From positions 1 to 63,986 of IMG/VR virus record IMGVR_UViG_3300035701_009376: a DNA stretch of 63,986 bases; one strand, 5' to 3'. Under the pieces are notes generated by a model, which had not been told where the DNA came from, ran no database searches, and saw only the letters and a program-made list of their open reading frames with translations. Below, in pieces: positions 20,283 to 28,062 of this stretch. This stretch comes from a virus. Lineage: Duplodnaviria > Caudoviricetes. Made by a program: the position numbers and the translations under genes. How positions within the stretch are numbered: the stretch's first letter is position 1; the number at the start of each line of letters is the position of its first letter.

Positions 20283-20751
20283 GGCGGGTTTTCCTCCCCG
20301 GCTTGCGGGTCTTCTTGTAGAGAGGATTCTTCACTTCCTTGGTGCCCTTGCGCATCTTGCGGACTTTCACGCGGCTTGCGCCAATCGCCTGGTAGTTCGG
20401 CATGTCGTTGAGTTCGGCGGGCAACAGGCCACGCTCGATCATCTCCTCGTAATGGATCAGGGCCATTGCGTTGAACATGATCGCAGCCAGGTGATCTTCG
20501 TCCCGCTTGCCCTGCTGGAACTTCATCACATGCCGCTTGAGCGAGGCGACACACCGCGAGAACGGCATCCCACGCTCCCAGTTGCGCTCGGCGTACTTGG
20601 CGGCCCCCATGCGGAGCCAATGCCCCTGACGCTCCTCGGCAAATGGGGAGATCAGATCGGGGCGGGGCTTGTCGTCTGCCGTGTCGCGGATCGCCATGCC
20701 CTTGCCGAAGGATTGCCGCTTGCCACTGTCCGTCATGCCGTACTTGCTCAT
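20275..20751 (-). CDS. dATP/dGTP diphosphohydrolase-like protein (DUF5664-type)
   Basis: KPRPDLI, GAAKYAERNWERG, SLKRH, EDHLAA motifs. Confidence 0.8.
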   Translation of the reverse strand: MSKYGMTDSGKRQSFGKGMAIRDTADDKPRPDLISPFAEERQGHWLRMGAAKYAERNWERGMPFSRCVASLKRHVMKFQQGKRDEDHLAAIMFNAMALIHYEEMIERGLLPAELNDMPNYQAIGASRVKVRKMRKGTKEVKNPLYKKTRKPGRKTRRG

Positions 20752-20921
20752 TGATCTTCTCCGGGGTTCACAGGTGCTTCTTCGATGATGTCGCCGCCGT
20801 GGTCGTCCGCGAAGGCCGCCTCATCCTCGGGCCACTCGTCGGTCTCGACTTCGGCGACTAGCTCGGCCCGCAACACGGAGCGCGAGAAGAAACCGGCGGA
20901 GCGGTAGACGCAGAGCATCAT
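20748..20921 (-). CDS. Small acidic hypothetical protein
   Basis: ATGA-coupled on both sides, GGAGG RBS; 57 aa. Confidence 0.55.
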   Translation of the reverse strand: MMLCVYRSAGFFSRSVLRAELVAEVETDEWPEDEAAFADDHGGDIIEEAPVNPGEDQ

Positions 20922-23587
20922 TGCTTGCCTCCTTCCGCCGTTTTGAGGGTCAGGTTGGAAATGTAGGTCTTGTGATAGTTCCCGTGGAACTTCTGGTGCC
21001 GGACAGGCAATTCCTTGCCGACACGAACCTTCGTCCAGAATCCCTTTTCGTCTGCATGGTCGTCGGACTTGCCGAGCCAGTTTTGGAAGGCGGCGAAAAA
21101 CTCCGAAAAGAGCGTGTGCTTTTCCGGCGTTCGCTCGCACCGTTCCGCGATGAATCGTTCCAAGGCGCTTTGATTGTCGTCTTCAGCGGATAGTTTGCTT
21201 CCTGTCGTCACTACTGGCAGCCGCAATCGACCAAGGATAGGCGGCAGGTCCATGTGCATGATCGTATGGAGGAAGTGTGGGGCTTCCTGATCGAGGAAGA
21301 CTTCCATCTTCGGCTTGGCGATCTTCTGTCCCTCCAGCAAGTCGCTGACGTAGATCGCCGTGATGCGGGTATCGCCGGGGAAGACGGGACAGTTTCCGCG
21401 ACTATTGGCCGTCTGGACCCAATGGGTTGCATTGGGTTGCTCGAAACTGTCGCACCGCATCCTGCGAATCAGGATGGTTCGACCCGTGCTGTACTCCTTC
21501 AATTTCGCGTGGGCACCCGGCGACTTGGTGAGGTCTACCTCCTCCACCGCGCAGACGATCGCGCCGGATAGCTCGTTGTTGAATTCACTGGTCAGGGAAC
21601 GCTTGGCTAGAGCGACGCCCTTCGTCACCAGCCGTTGCAAGGATTCATAGAAGATGCTCTTGCCGCTATCCTCGGGACCAAAGAAGAACAGGTACGGGGT
21701 CGGTTGGAACGGATCGCGGAAGGCACAGGCCACCCAGGCGCGGAGATAGTCGGCCCCTGTGCGGATGTTCGCGTCGATGGCCCAGGGCAACTCTCGCAGG
21801 ACCGGCGTGAGTTCGTGGCCGATATGCTCGAAGATCATGTCCCAGTGAGGGTGGTAGGGAACTTCATCATCGGTCAACTCGGCGGGCTTGAACTTGAATT
21901 GAGCGGCATCGAGGTTCCACTGCCGGCCGCCGGGGTACTCTTCGCGGAAGGGCAGGTTGACCAATCGCCAGCCTCGGGTGACGGCGGCACCCATGATGGC
22001 CTCGGCCTCGTTCTTCGCGTGCCCGAGGTGTTGCAACACCATTTTGATATTGGAGCCAGGTTGCCGGACCCATTCCTTGTCTTTCTTCATCACCCATCCT
22101 GCGTGTTCGACGGCGGCCGTCTCTACGGCGCGGATGATGCCGTCAAACTCGTTGAAGTCGAGTTGGTCGTCCTCCTTGGCATCCGTCTGGACCTTGAAAA
22201 TCTTGACAGCCTTTCCCTTCTTGTCGTCCCAGCCTTCGAGCCTGGAATCATCCGGCTTTCGTTCGATCTCAACGATCAGCCGGCCATCCTTATGGGCTTT
22301 GAGCGTTATCTTTCGATCGCCGCTGTCTGGCAGCTTGAGGTCTTCGCCCAGGGCCTTGGCCGCCTCGGTGGCCGCCTCCCGTGAAGCAAAGACATAACCA
22401 CCTTGTTCTCGCTCAATACCGCCGAAGAGCGTACATGCGGTCGCCAAGTCCGGGTAACGATTGAAGTAGCACGTCGTCCACCCCTGACCGTCTTGGGTCC
22501 AGGTATCGGCCTCGGTAATGCCGGGGGAGAAGCGGTAGACCCGCCAGGCTCCGTTGGGCAATGGAAAGAGAAAGCAGTTAGGCGTTCCTTTGTCTCGGCC
22601 CTCGGAGATCGTCTTGAAGATGCCGACCAACTTGAGGGCTTTGCTTTCGGTCGGGTCGTTCAAGAGATCGCGCAGTGCTACGGTGTGGGTTTGCAGCAAG
22701 TGGTGGTCAGCGACCCAGAGGGTGGTCGCGCCGGAGCGCATCAGGGCCTCGATCTGGGCCTTGTGTGAATCGTCCAAGGGGACCATCTTCCGGCTGGACG
22801 CCAGCTTCTCGAAGGGGTCTTGATCGTCTTCGGCGATCTCGTTGACCCTAATCTTGGCCCGCTGGCCCTTGACCACTTCAATATGGTCCCGCCAATTGGC
22901 CGGCAGGTCGCTTACGCCTAACCGCTTTGTGGCCGGCTTGATGATTTCCAGGCCACGATTCTCGGCCGACATCTTGCGGTGCCAAATCCACATCACGTGG
23001 CCGCAGGCGTCGATCGCGCTGGCAAAGTCGAATCCGACCTCGGCGGACATCATCCCCAGGATGCAGCGGGCCAGGGCGGCGTGCTCGGTGTGGTTGTCAG
23101 TCGGTACACCGGCCTCGTCGATGTAGACATAGAGGTGGATGCCGCCGCCACCGGTGCTGCGGCGGACTTCGACGTAAGGCAGCGCACAAGCCGCTTGCTT
23201 GACCTTCTCCAATTCCTTCTCTTCGATGCCGATGCCCTGGGCATGGCCGGTCAGGGCGTCGAAGTCATAGCCGAAGTGCCGGGAGCGGCGGGCCTGCCAA
23301 TCCCAGCCGGTCATGCCGATGCCCTCGGCATAGAGGTCGAAGGGATAGCCGATCTGGTAATCTTCCCACGTCGGGTCCGTGGCGGCATTCTTCGGAATGC
23401 GGATGGAGTGCCAGGTGTCGCTTCCGTTGGACCAGGTTGATTTCTTCCCGGCCACTGGCTCGCCGTCAGCAGCCATCACGTTCACCTGCGTCTCCATCGC
23501 AACGGACCACCGAGCCACGAGATCGGCATTGGCCGGCGTCTTGCGGGCCTGTAGGAAATTGCGCAGGGCTTCACTGGCTAGGGGCAT
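20918..23587 (-). CDS. Primase-helicase (AEP/PrimPol-like N-terminus, P-loop NTPase C-terminus)
   Basis: DFD and STGGGGIHLY primase motifs; Walker A GPEDSGKS, Walker B VEE. Confidence 0.8.
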   Translation of the reverse strand: MPLASEALRNFLQARKTPANADLVARWSVAMETQVNVMAADGEPVAGKKSTWSNGSDTWHSIRIPKNAATDPTWEDYQIGYPFDLYAEGIGMTGWDWQARRSRHFGYDFDALTGHAQGIGIEEKELEKVKQAACALPYVEVRRSTGGGGIHLYVYIDEAGVPTDNHTEHAALARCILGMMSAEVGFDFASAIDACGHVMWIWHRKMSAENRGLEIIKPATKRLGVSDLPANWRDHIEVVKGQRAKIRVNEIAEDDQDPFEKLASSRKMVPLDDSHKAQIEALMRSGATTLWVADHHLLQTHTVALRDLLNDPTESKALKLVGIFKTISEGRDKGTPNCFLFPLPNGAWRVYRFSPGITEADTWTQDGQGWTTCYFNRYPDLATACTLFGGIEREQGGYVFASREAATEAAKALGEDLKLPDSGDRKITLKAHKDGRLIVEIERKPDDSRLEGWDDKKGKAVKIFKVQTDAKEDDQLDFNEFDGIIRAVETAAVEHAGWVMKKDKEWVRQPGSNIKMVLQHLGHAKNEAEAIMGAAVTRGWRLVNLPFREEYPGGRQWNLDAAQFKFKPAELTDDEVPYHPHWDMIFEHIGHELTPVLRELPWAIDANIRTGADYLRAWVACAFRDPFQPTPYLFFFGPEDSGKSIFYESLQRLVTKGVALAKRSLTSEFNNELSGAIVCAVEEVDLTKSPGAHAKLKEYSTGRTILIRRMRCDSFEQPNATHWVQTANSRGNCPVFPGDTRITAIYVSDLLEGQKIAKPKMEVFLDQEAPHFLHTIMHMDLPPILGRLRLPVVTTGSKLSAEDDNQSALERFIAERCERTPEKHTLFSEFFAAFQNWLGKSDDHADEKGFWTKVRVGKELPVRHQKFHGNYHKTYISNLTLKTAEGGKQ

Positions 23588-23668
23588 TGCTATCTCTCTA
23601 AGGCCGCGTCGTTGATCCTCGTCGAGCGTATAAACGCGCTCGGCGCAGACTCTCGAAACTGGTCCGCG

Positions 23669-23758
23669 TAGATACCTATAAAAGACCCCCAAATCCCTTT
23701 GATTTCCCAGAAATGCTTGGGAAAAAAGGGGGATTTGGGGGTCTTTTATAGGTGTCTA
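23669..23758. repeat. Long AT-rich inverted repeat at the divergence point (candidate origin or operator)
   Basis: 28-bp arms at 23669-23696 and 23731-23758 with one mismatch, plus inner pairing. Confidence 0.85.
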
Positions 23759-23778
23759 AGTTCGACGCGGATGCACCG

Positions 23779-24741
23779 ATGCCCGAGAAACCAGCCGACG
23801 AGTTCCGTCCGATCCCCTTGGCCGAGATCATCGAGCCGTGGGTAATCCTGCGGATCGTCAATCGGGAATCCGTGGACTACCTGGAACTGCGCGACTCCAT
23901 CGCTCACCAGGGCCTCCTCAATTCCATCTGCGTGCGACCGTCGCTGCGAAGGCCGGGCTACTACGAAGTGGTGGATGGCCTCTATCGGTACACGGCCGCA
24001 GTGGAATTACGGTTGCCGGCCGTGCCCTGCATCGTCAAGCACAATCTCTCGGATGAAGACGTGTTGGCGATCCAGATTCAGGCCAATGCGCTGCGGCCCG
24101 AGACGACAGTGATCGAGTACGCCCGGCAGATCAAGCGGATCGTGGATGCCATTGCAGCCCGCGCGGGAAGGGATGCCACGTTGGCTGAGGTAAGCAACCT
24201 GATCCATAAGAACCCAGACTGGATTCGCCGGCAACTCGATCTGTTGAGCCTGCGGGCGGACATCCAGAAGGCCGTCGAGCGTGGTGAGATACCGCTGAAG
24301 TCAGCCTACGTGCTTGCCAAGCTGCCGCGCGTCCGTCAGGTCGAGTTCATCGCCCTGGCGAAGACGACCCCGGCGCGAGACTTCGCCCCGCTGGCGGCCC
24401 GACTGGTCCGGCAGATTCAAGAGGATGCCCGGCGAGGAAAGTTGCACGACTACTGCCGGGACTTCGAGCCGGTGCCGTACTTGCGGCCCTTGAAGGAGGT
24501 GCTCACTGAGTACCGCGAGCATCACCTGGGCGGTTTGACGGTGGTGAAGGGAGAGAGCAAGACGCCAGTGGACGGCTGGTACTTGGCCCTGCAATGGGCC
24601 TTGCATCTGGACGAGGAAAGCATCCGCGAACAACGAGAGAAAGCCTTAGCGCGAATTCAAGCCGCTGCATTGGAACGGAGGGCAGAGCCATGTGATGAAA
24701 TCGAGACGAGCACCGAGGACCTGAACGACAACGACGAGTAA
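23779..24741 (+). CDS. ParB/Srx N-terminal domain protein with HTH
   Basis: ELRDSIAHQGLLNSICVR..YEVVDGLYRYTA; ANALR. Confidence 0.8.
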   Translation: MPEKPADEFRPIPLAEIIEPWVILRIVNRESVDYLELRDSIAHQGLLNSICVRPSLRRPGYYEVVDGLYRYTAAVELRLPAVPCIVKHNLSDEDVLAIQIQANALRPETTVIEYARQIKRIVDAIAARAGRDATLAEVSNLIHKNPDWIRRQLDLLSLRADIQKAVERGEIPLKSAYVLAKLPRVRQVEFIALAKTTPARDFAPLAARLVRQIQEDARRGKLHDYCRDFEPVPYLRPLKEVLTEYREHHLGGLTVVKGESKTPVDGWYLALQWALHLDEESIREQREKALARIQAAALERRAEPCDEIETSTEDLNDNDE

Positions 24742-24787
24742 CGCACCTTCTTGATCCTTTCAACCCTGGAACAGAGAGACAACAACA

Positions 24788-25528
24788 ATGTCCGACACCA
24801 CTGCGATGATCCCCGTCAATCTCGACCAGCTTCCGTCCACCCAACTCGGCACCGACGACCAGTTCGCCGAACTGGCGAAGGGTGGCGACTACATCGGCCG
24901 GATGCAGCTCTATACGAAGTCGAAGGCCAACATGAAGGGGCTGATCCCCTCGGGCCACTACGGCATCCCCGAGAGCGACGAAGAGATCATCGACCTGGGG
25001 CCTTCCGTGGACCTGCTGCCGCTGGCCCGCCGGCCGAAGGCCATCGACATGACCGACATGGAGGCCCTGGTCATTTCCTACGACATGGAATCGGAAGAGT
25101 TCAAGCGGATCGCCACCAAGTCCGCCGAGTCCGATTCCCACTGCCAGTACGGTCCCAGCTTCCTCGTCTACGAGCGGAGCACCGGCCGCTTCCTGGAGTT
25201 CTTCTGCGGCAACAAGAGCAGCCGTATTGAGGCGAAGAAGCTCTTTCCGTTCCTTCCGCTCACCCAGGCCGACATCGACGCCAAGGCGGCGGCCGGCAAC
25301 GACGTGGGCGATCTCAAGCCGCACGGCCCGATGCCGGTGACGCTGAAGACGAAGGTGGCCGAGAACCGCAAGGGCACCTGGCACGTTCCCGTTGTGGTCC
25401 TTTGCACGTCGCCGTTCACGAAGCTGCCTTCGGGCGAAGTGATCTGCCGTGAGATTACCAAGTTTCTCACGATCAAAGACAACGGCGTCGAGAAGGTCCA
25501 GGACAGCAAGCCGGGCCGCGCTCGGTAG
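24788..25528 (+). CDS. Putative ssDNA-binding / replication protein
   Basis: 246 aa, strongly biased codons, replication-module position; function inferred only. Confidence 0.4.
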   Translation: MSDTTAMIPVNLDQLPSTQLGTDDQFAELAKGGDYIGRMQLYTKSKANMKGLIPSGHYGIPESDEEIIDLGPSVDLLPLARRPKAIDMTDMEALVISYDMESEEFKRIATKSAESDSHCQYGPSFLVYERSTGRFLEFFCGNKSSRIEAKKLFPFLPLTQADIDAKAAAGNDVGDLKPHGPMPVTLKTKVAENRKGTWHVPVVVLCTSPFTKLPSGEVICREITKFLTIKDNGVEKVQDSKPGRAR

Positions 25529-25670
25529 TCAACCGCCAGTAAACCGGCTGGGCCTCTGACGCAAGCCCACTCCAGTCGGCATTTGCTCCCGGACGGACTT
25601 GCCGCGCCTCTTATCGGCCCCATCCGGGTCATGTTCACCGGCCTGTCAACGGCTTGCACGCTGACAGGTA

Positions 25671-25712
25671 AGCCGAGGGCGGCAATGGCGACCGCCCTCG
25701 GCTCTCTTCCAT
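25671..25712 (+). terminator. Terminator-like hairpin
   Basis: AGCCGAGGGCGG / CCGCCCTCGGCT 12-bp stem followed by CTCTTCC. Confidence 0.6.
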
Positions 25713-25814
25713 TTCCGCTTGGCCTCGGCCTGATCGTGGAAAGCTGGAACAGGTGTGCCACGGCCTGGAGCCGGAATGTCGGTGAGGGGGATTCCAGCCA
25801 GCGGAGCATCGAGC

Positions 25815-26339
25815 ATGAATCCAGACGCAGTATTGATCCAAGTCCCGAGCATCGACTTCCGCACCTTCATCGGTCTCGGCCATAGGGTGCTGGGCCGCAG
25901 TCCAGCCGCTACGTCGGATGCCTGTCGTCGGGAACTATCGGACGCCGAGCGGTTCCTAAGCTGCCTGGCCGCGATGCGGGATGAGAAGGCACCCGTGGGA
26001 CTCTCACCCCATCTGCTGAAGCACGTCTCGTTCAGCGCGTTCATTGGGGCGGACGAACGGGACATGCTGGAAATCCTGCAACTGGCGAGTATGCCGTTTG
26101 TAGTGGTCGAGACGATTATGCGGGGAGTACAGGCGGCGGTCGTCACCGGCACTCTTGAACAATGGCGGGCCGCCGTCATCTCCGGTTGCGCCAGGGGCGC
26201 GCCGACCCCGGTACGGCATTGCTTCAACAAACTGCACGGCCTCTTCACGGCCGCCGGCCTCAATGTCTGGGGTGACTACACCCCTCGAACTAGCCCCGAC
26301 CAGACCTATCTGCTCTTGGAAGACAAAAGAGGCCGGTAG
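25815..26339 (+). CDS. Hypothetical protein with distant ThyX-like features
   Basis: HLLKHVSFSAFI and VVTGTLEQWR echo ThyX segments; the RHRxxS signature is absent. Confidence 0.4.
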   Translation: MNPDAVLIQVPSIDFRTFIGLGHRVLGRSPAATSDACRRELSDAERFLSCLAAMRDEKAPVGLSPHLLKHVSFSAFIGADERDMLEILQLASMPFVVVETIMRGVQAAVVTGTLEQWRAAVISGCARGAPTPVRHCFNKLHGLFTAAGLNVWGDYTPRTSPDQTYLLLEDKRGR

Positions 26340-26342
26340 GCG

Positions 26343-26380
26343 CTCTCGTTTTGCCAAGTTTTCGCGTTGTTACCTATAGG
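26343..26380 (+). promoter_or_regulatory. Phage promoter motif copy 1 (CTCTCG-N16-CGTTGT)
   Basis: CTCTCG TTTTGCCAAGTTTTCG CGTTGT TACCTATAGG, intergenic before the MTase. Confidence 0.75.
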
Positions 26381-26432
26381 ACTATCACGTCTTTCATCCT
26401 GAATCTATTACAGGTCCGCCGCAACGTCCGCT

Positions 26433-28052
26433 ATGCAACCCTATTTCACGCAAGACAAGCTGACCCTCTACTGCGGCGATTTGCGGCAAGTGCTGCCGAC
26501 CCTGCCAGAGAACAGCGTGGACTTTGTGGCGACGGACCCACCCTATGGTTTCAGCTTCATGGAGAAGGATTGGGACCACGAGGTTCCCGGCCCCGAGTTC
26601 TGGCGTGTCATCGGTCGCGTGTGCAAGCCCGGTGCGCTGCTGTTGGCTTTCGGCGGCACGCGGACCTATCACCGGTTGGTCTGCGCGATCGAGGATGCCG
26701 GGTGGGAGATTCGGGACTGCCTGATGTGGCTTCAGGGCCAGGGTTTCCCGAAAGCCGCCGACGTAGGCAAGATGATCGACAAGGCGAAGGGAGCCAAGCG
26801 CGAAGTCGTGGGCACGAAGGTCGGCTTGCCCGGCTACTCGCTGGCCGACAACGGCCGCACCAACGACATCTACGGCGATCTCCATAATCCCGAGGCCGAG
26901 TGCGCCATCACGGTTCCGGCTACGCCCGAGGCCGCCAAATGGACCGGCTGGGCCAACGCTCTGAAGCCCTGCTGGGAGCCCATAACCCTGGCGATGAAGC
27001 CGATGGACGGCACGATTGCTCACAACGCCCTGACCTGGGGCGTGGCGGGCATGAACATCGACGCTTGCCGCATCGGTGACAACCCCGGCTACAAGTACAA
27101 CGCCGACCGTAACGGCACGACCTTCCACGGCAAGCAGGGCGAGCGGATCAAGCAATCGGCCGAGAAGAAGGGCACTCAGTACATCGAGTCTACGAAGGGC
27201 CGTTGGCCGGGGAACCTGCTGCTGGACGAAGAGGCTGCCCAGCTTCTCGATGCCCAGACCGGGACGCTGAAAAGCGGCACCGGAGTCGTGCGGACGAAAG
27301 CCGGGGACGGCTACCACGGCGGCATGGGCAAGGCCGGCGATGCCCAAGTGGCCTATGGCGACTCCGGCGGTGCCAGTCGGTTTTTCTACACGGCTAAAGC
27401 GACCACAAGAGAACGCAATGACGGCTGTGAGAAGGTGGTGACATGGGAAGGCGTGGACCTAAGCCGCGAGACGGAAGATACGCTCCGACACGCAAGGGCT
27501 ATATCCGCTATCGGCATGGACTGTCTGGCCGCTATCGAATGGAACACGATCTTGTGTGGGAGCAGCACCGGGGGCCAATCCCGGACGGATATTGTGTTCA
27601 TCATGTCAACTTTGACAAGACTGATAACCGAATTGAGAACCTTCAACTTCTCACCTTCCTCGAACACAAACGCCTCCATTCTGGCTGCTACAAAGACGCT
27701 GTTGGCGACTGGATCAAACCTTGCCGCCGCTGCGGACGACATCGACCGATTTCGGAGTTCTACAAGCGTCGAAACGGCGTCTCTCCTTGGTGCCCTCAGT
27801 GCTGTGTTGCGAGTGCTGTTGCAAATAAGCGCAAGAGGACATCGCGGCAATCTACATCCATGCGTTAAACCCGTGAAGCTGATGGAGTATCTGCTGACGC
27901 TGCTCTCCACACCGGACGGCGGGGTGATTCTCGATCCTTTCGCCGGAAGCGGCTCGACCCTCCTGGCAGCCCAACGCCTCGACCGGCGCTGCATCGGTGT
28001 GGAGTTGATCGAACACAACTGCGAGATCATCAAGGCCCGTCTTCAGGGCTGA
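26433..28052 (+). CDS. DNA methyltransferase (N6A/N4C, beta-type order) with internal insertion
   Basis: TDPPY, ASRFFY, HPCVKP, ILDPFAGSGST motifs. Confidence 0.9.
   Translation: MQPYFTQDKLTLYCGDLRQVLPTLPENSVDFVATDPPYGFSFMEKDWDHEVPGPEFWRVIGRVCKPGALLLAFGGTRTYHRLVCAIEDAGWEIRDCLMWLQGQGFPKAADVGKMIDKAKGAKREVVGTKVGLPGYSLADNGRTNDIYGDLHNPEAECAITVPATPEAAKWTGWANALKPCWEPITLAMKPMDGTIAHNALTWGVAGMNIDACRIGDNPGYKYNADRNGTTFHGKQGERIKQSAEKKGTQYIESTKGRWPGNLLLDEEAAQLLDAQTGTLKSGTGVVRTKAGDGYHGGMGKAGDAQVAYGDSGGASRFFYTAKATTRERNDGCEKVVTWEGVDLSRETEDTLRHARAISAIGMDCLAAIEWNTILCGSSTGGQSRTDIVFIMSTLTRLITELRTFNFSPSSNTNASILAATKTLLATGSNLAAAADDIDRFRSSTSVETASLLGALSAVLRVLLQISARGHRGNLHPCVKPVKLMEYLLTLLSTPDGGVILDPFAGSGSTLLAAQRLDRRCIGVELIEHNCEIIKARLQG
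27443..27868 (+). CDS. HNH endonuclease nested in an alternate frame of the MTase
   Basis: EHDLVWEQHRGPIPDGYCVHHVNFDKTDNRIENLQLL..H plus CxxC...CxxC; AAGGTGGT RBS. Confidence 0.8.
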   Translation: MGRRGPKPRDGRYAPTRKGYIRYRHGLSGRYRMEHDLVWEQHRGPIPDGYCVHHVNFDKTDNRIENLQLLTFLEHKRLHSGCYKDAVGDWIKPCRRCGRHRPISEFYKRRNGVSPWCPQCCVASAVANKRKRTSRQSTSMR

Positions 28053-28062
28053 GGGAGTTTGA

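Noticed and set aside
20275-20751. Z-base (2-aminoadenine) genome pathway
   Set aside because: Only the diphosphohydrolase-like gene is present; no PurZ is recognisable, and numerous adenine MTases argue for normal adenine
27426-27851. Intein in the MTase (insert begins near a Cys and ends near an Asn)
   Set aside because: No intein block motifs, the residue after Asn is Leu, and the nuclease is in another frame
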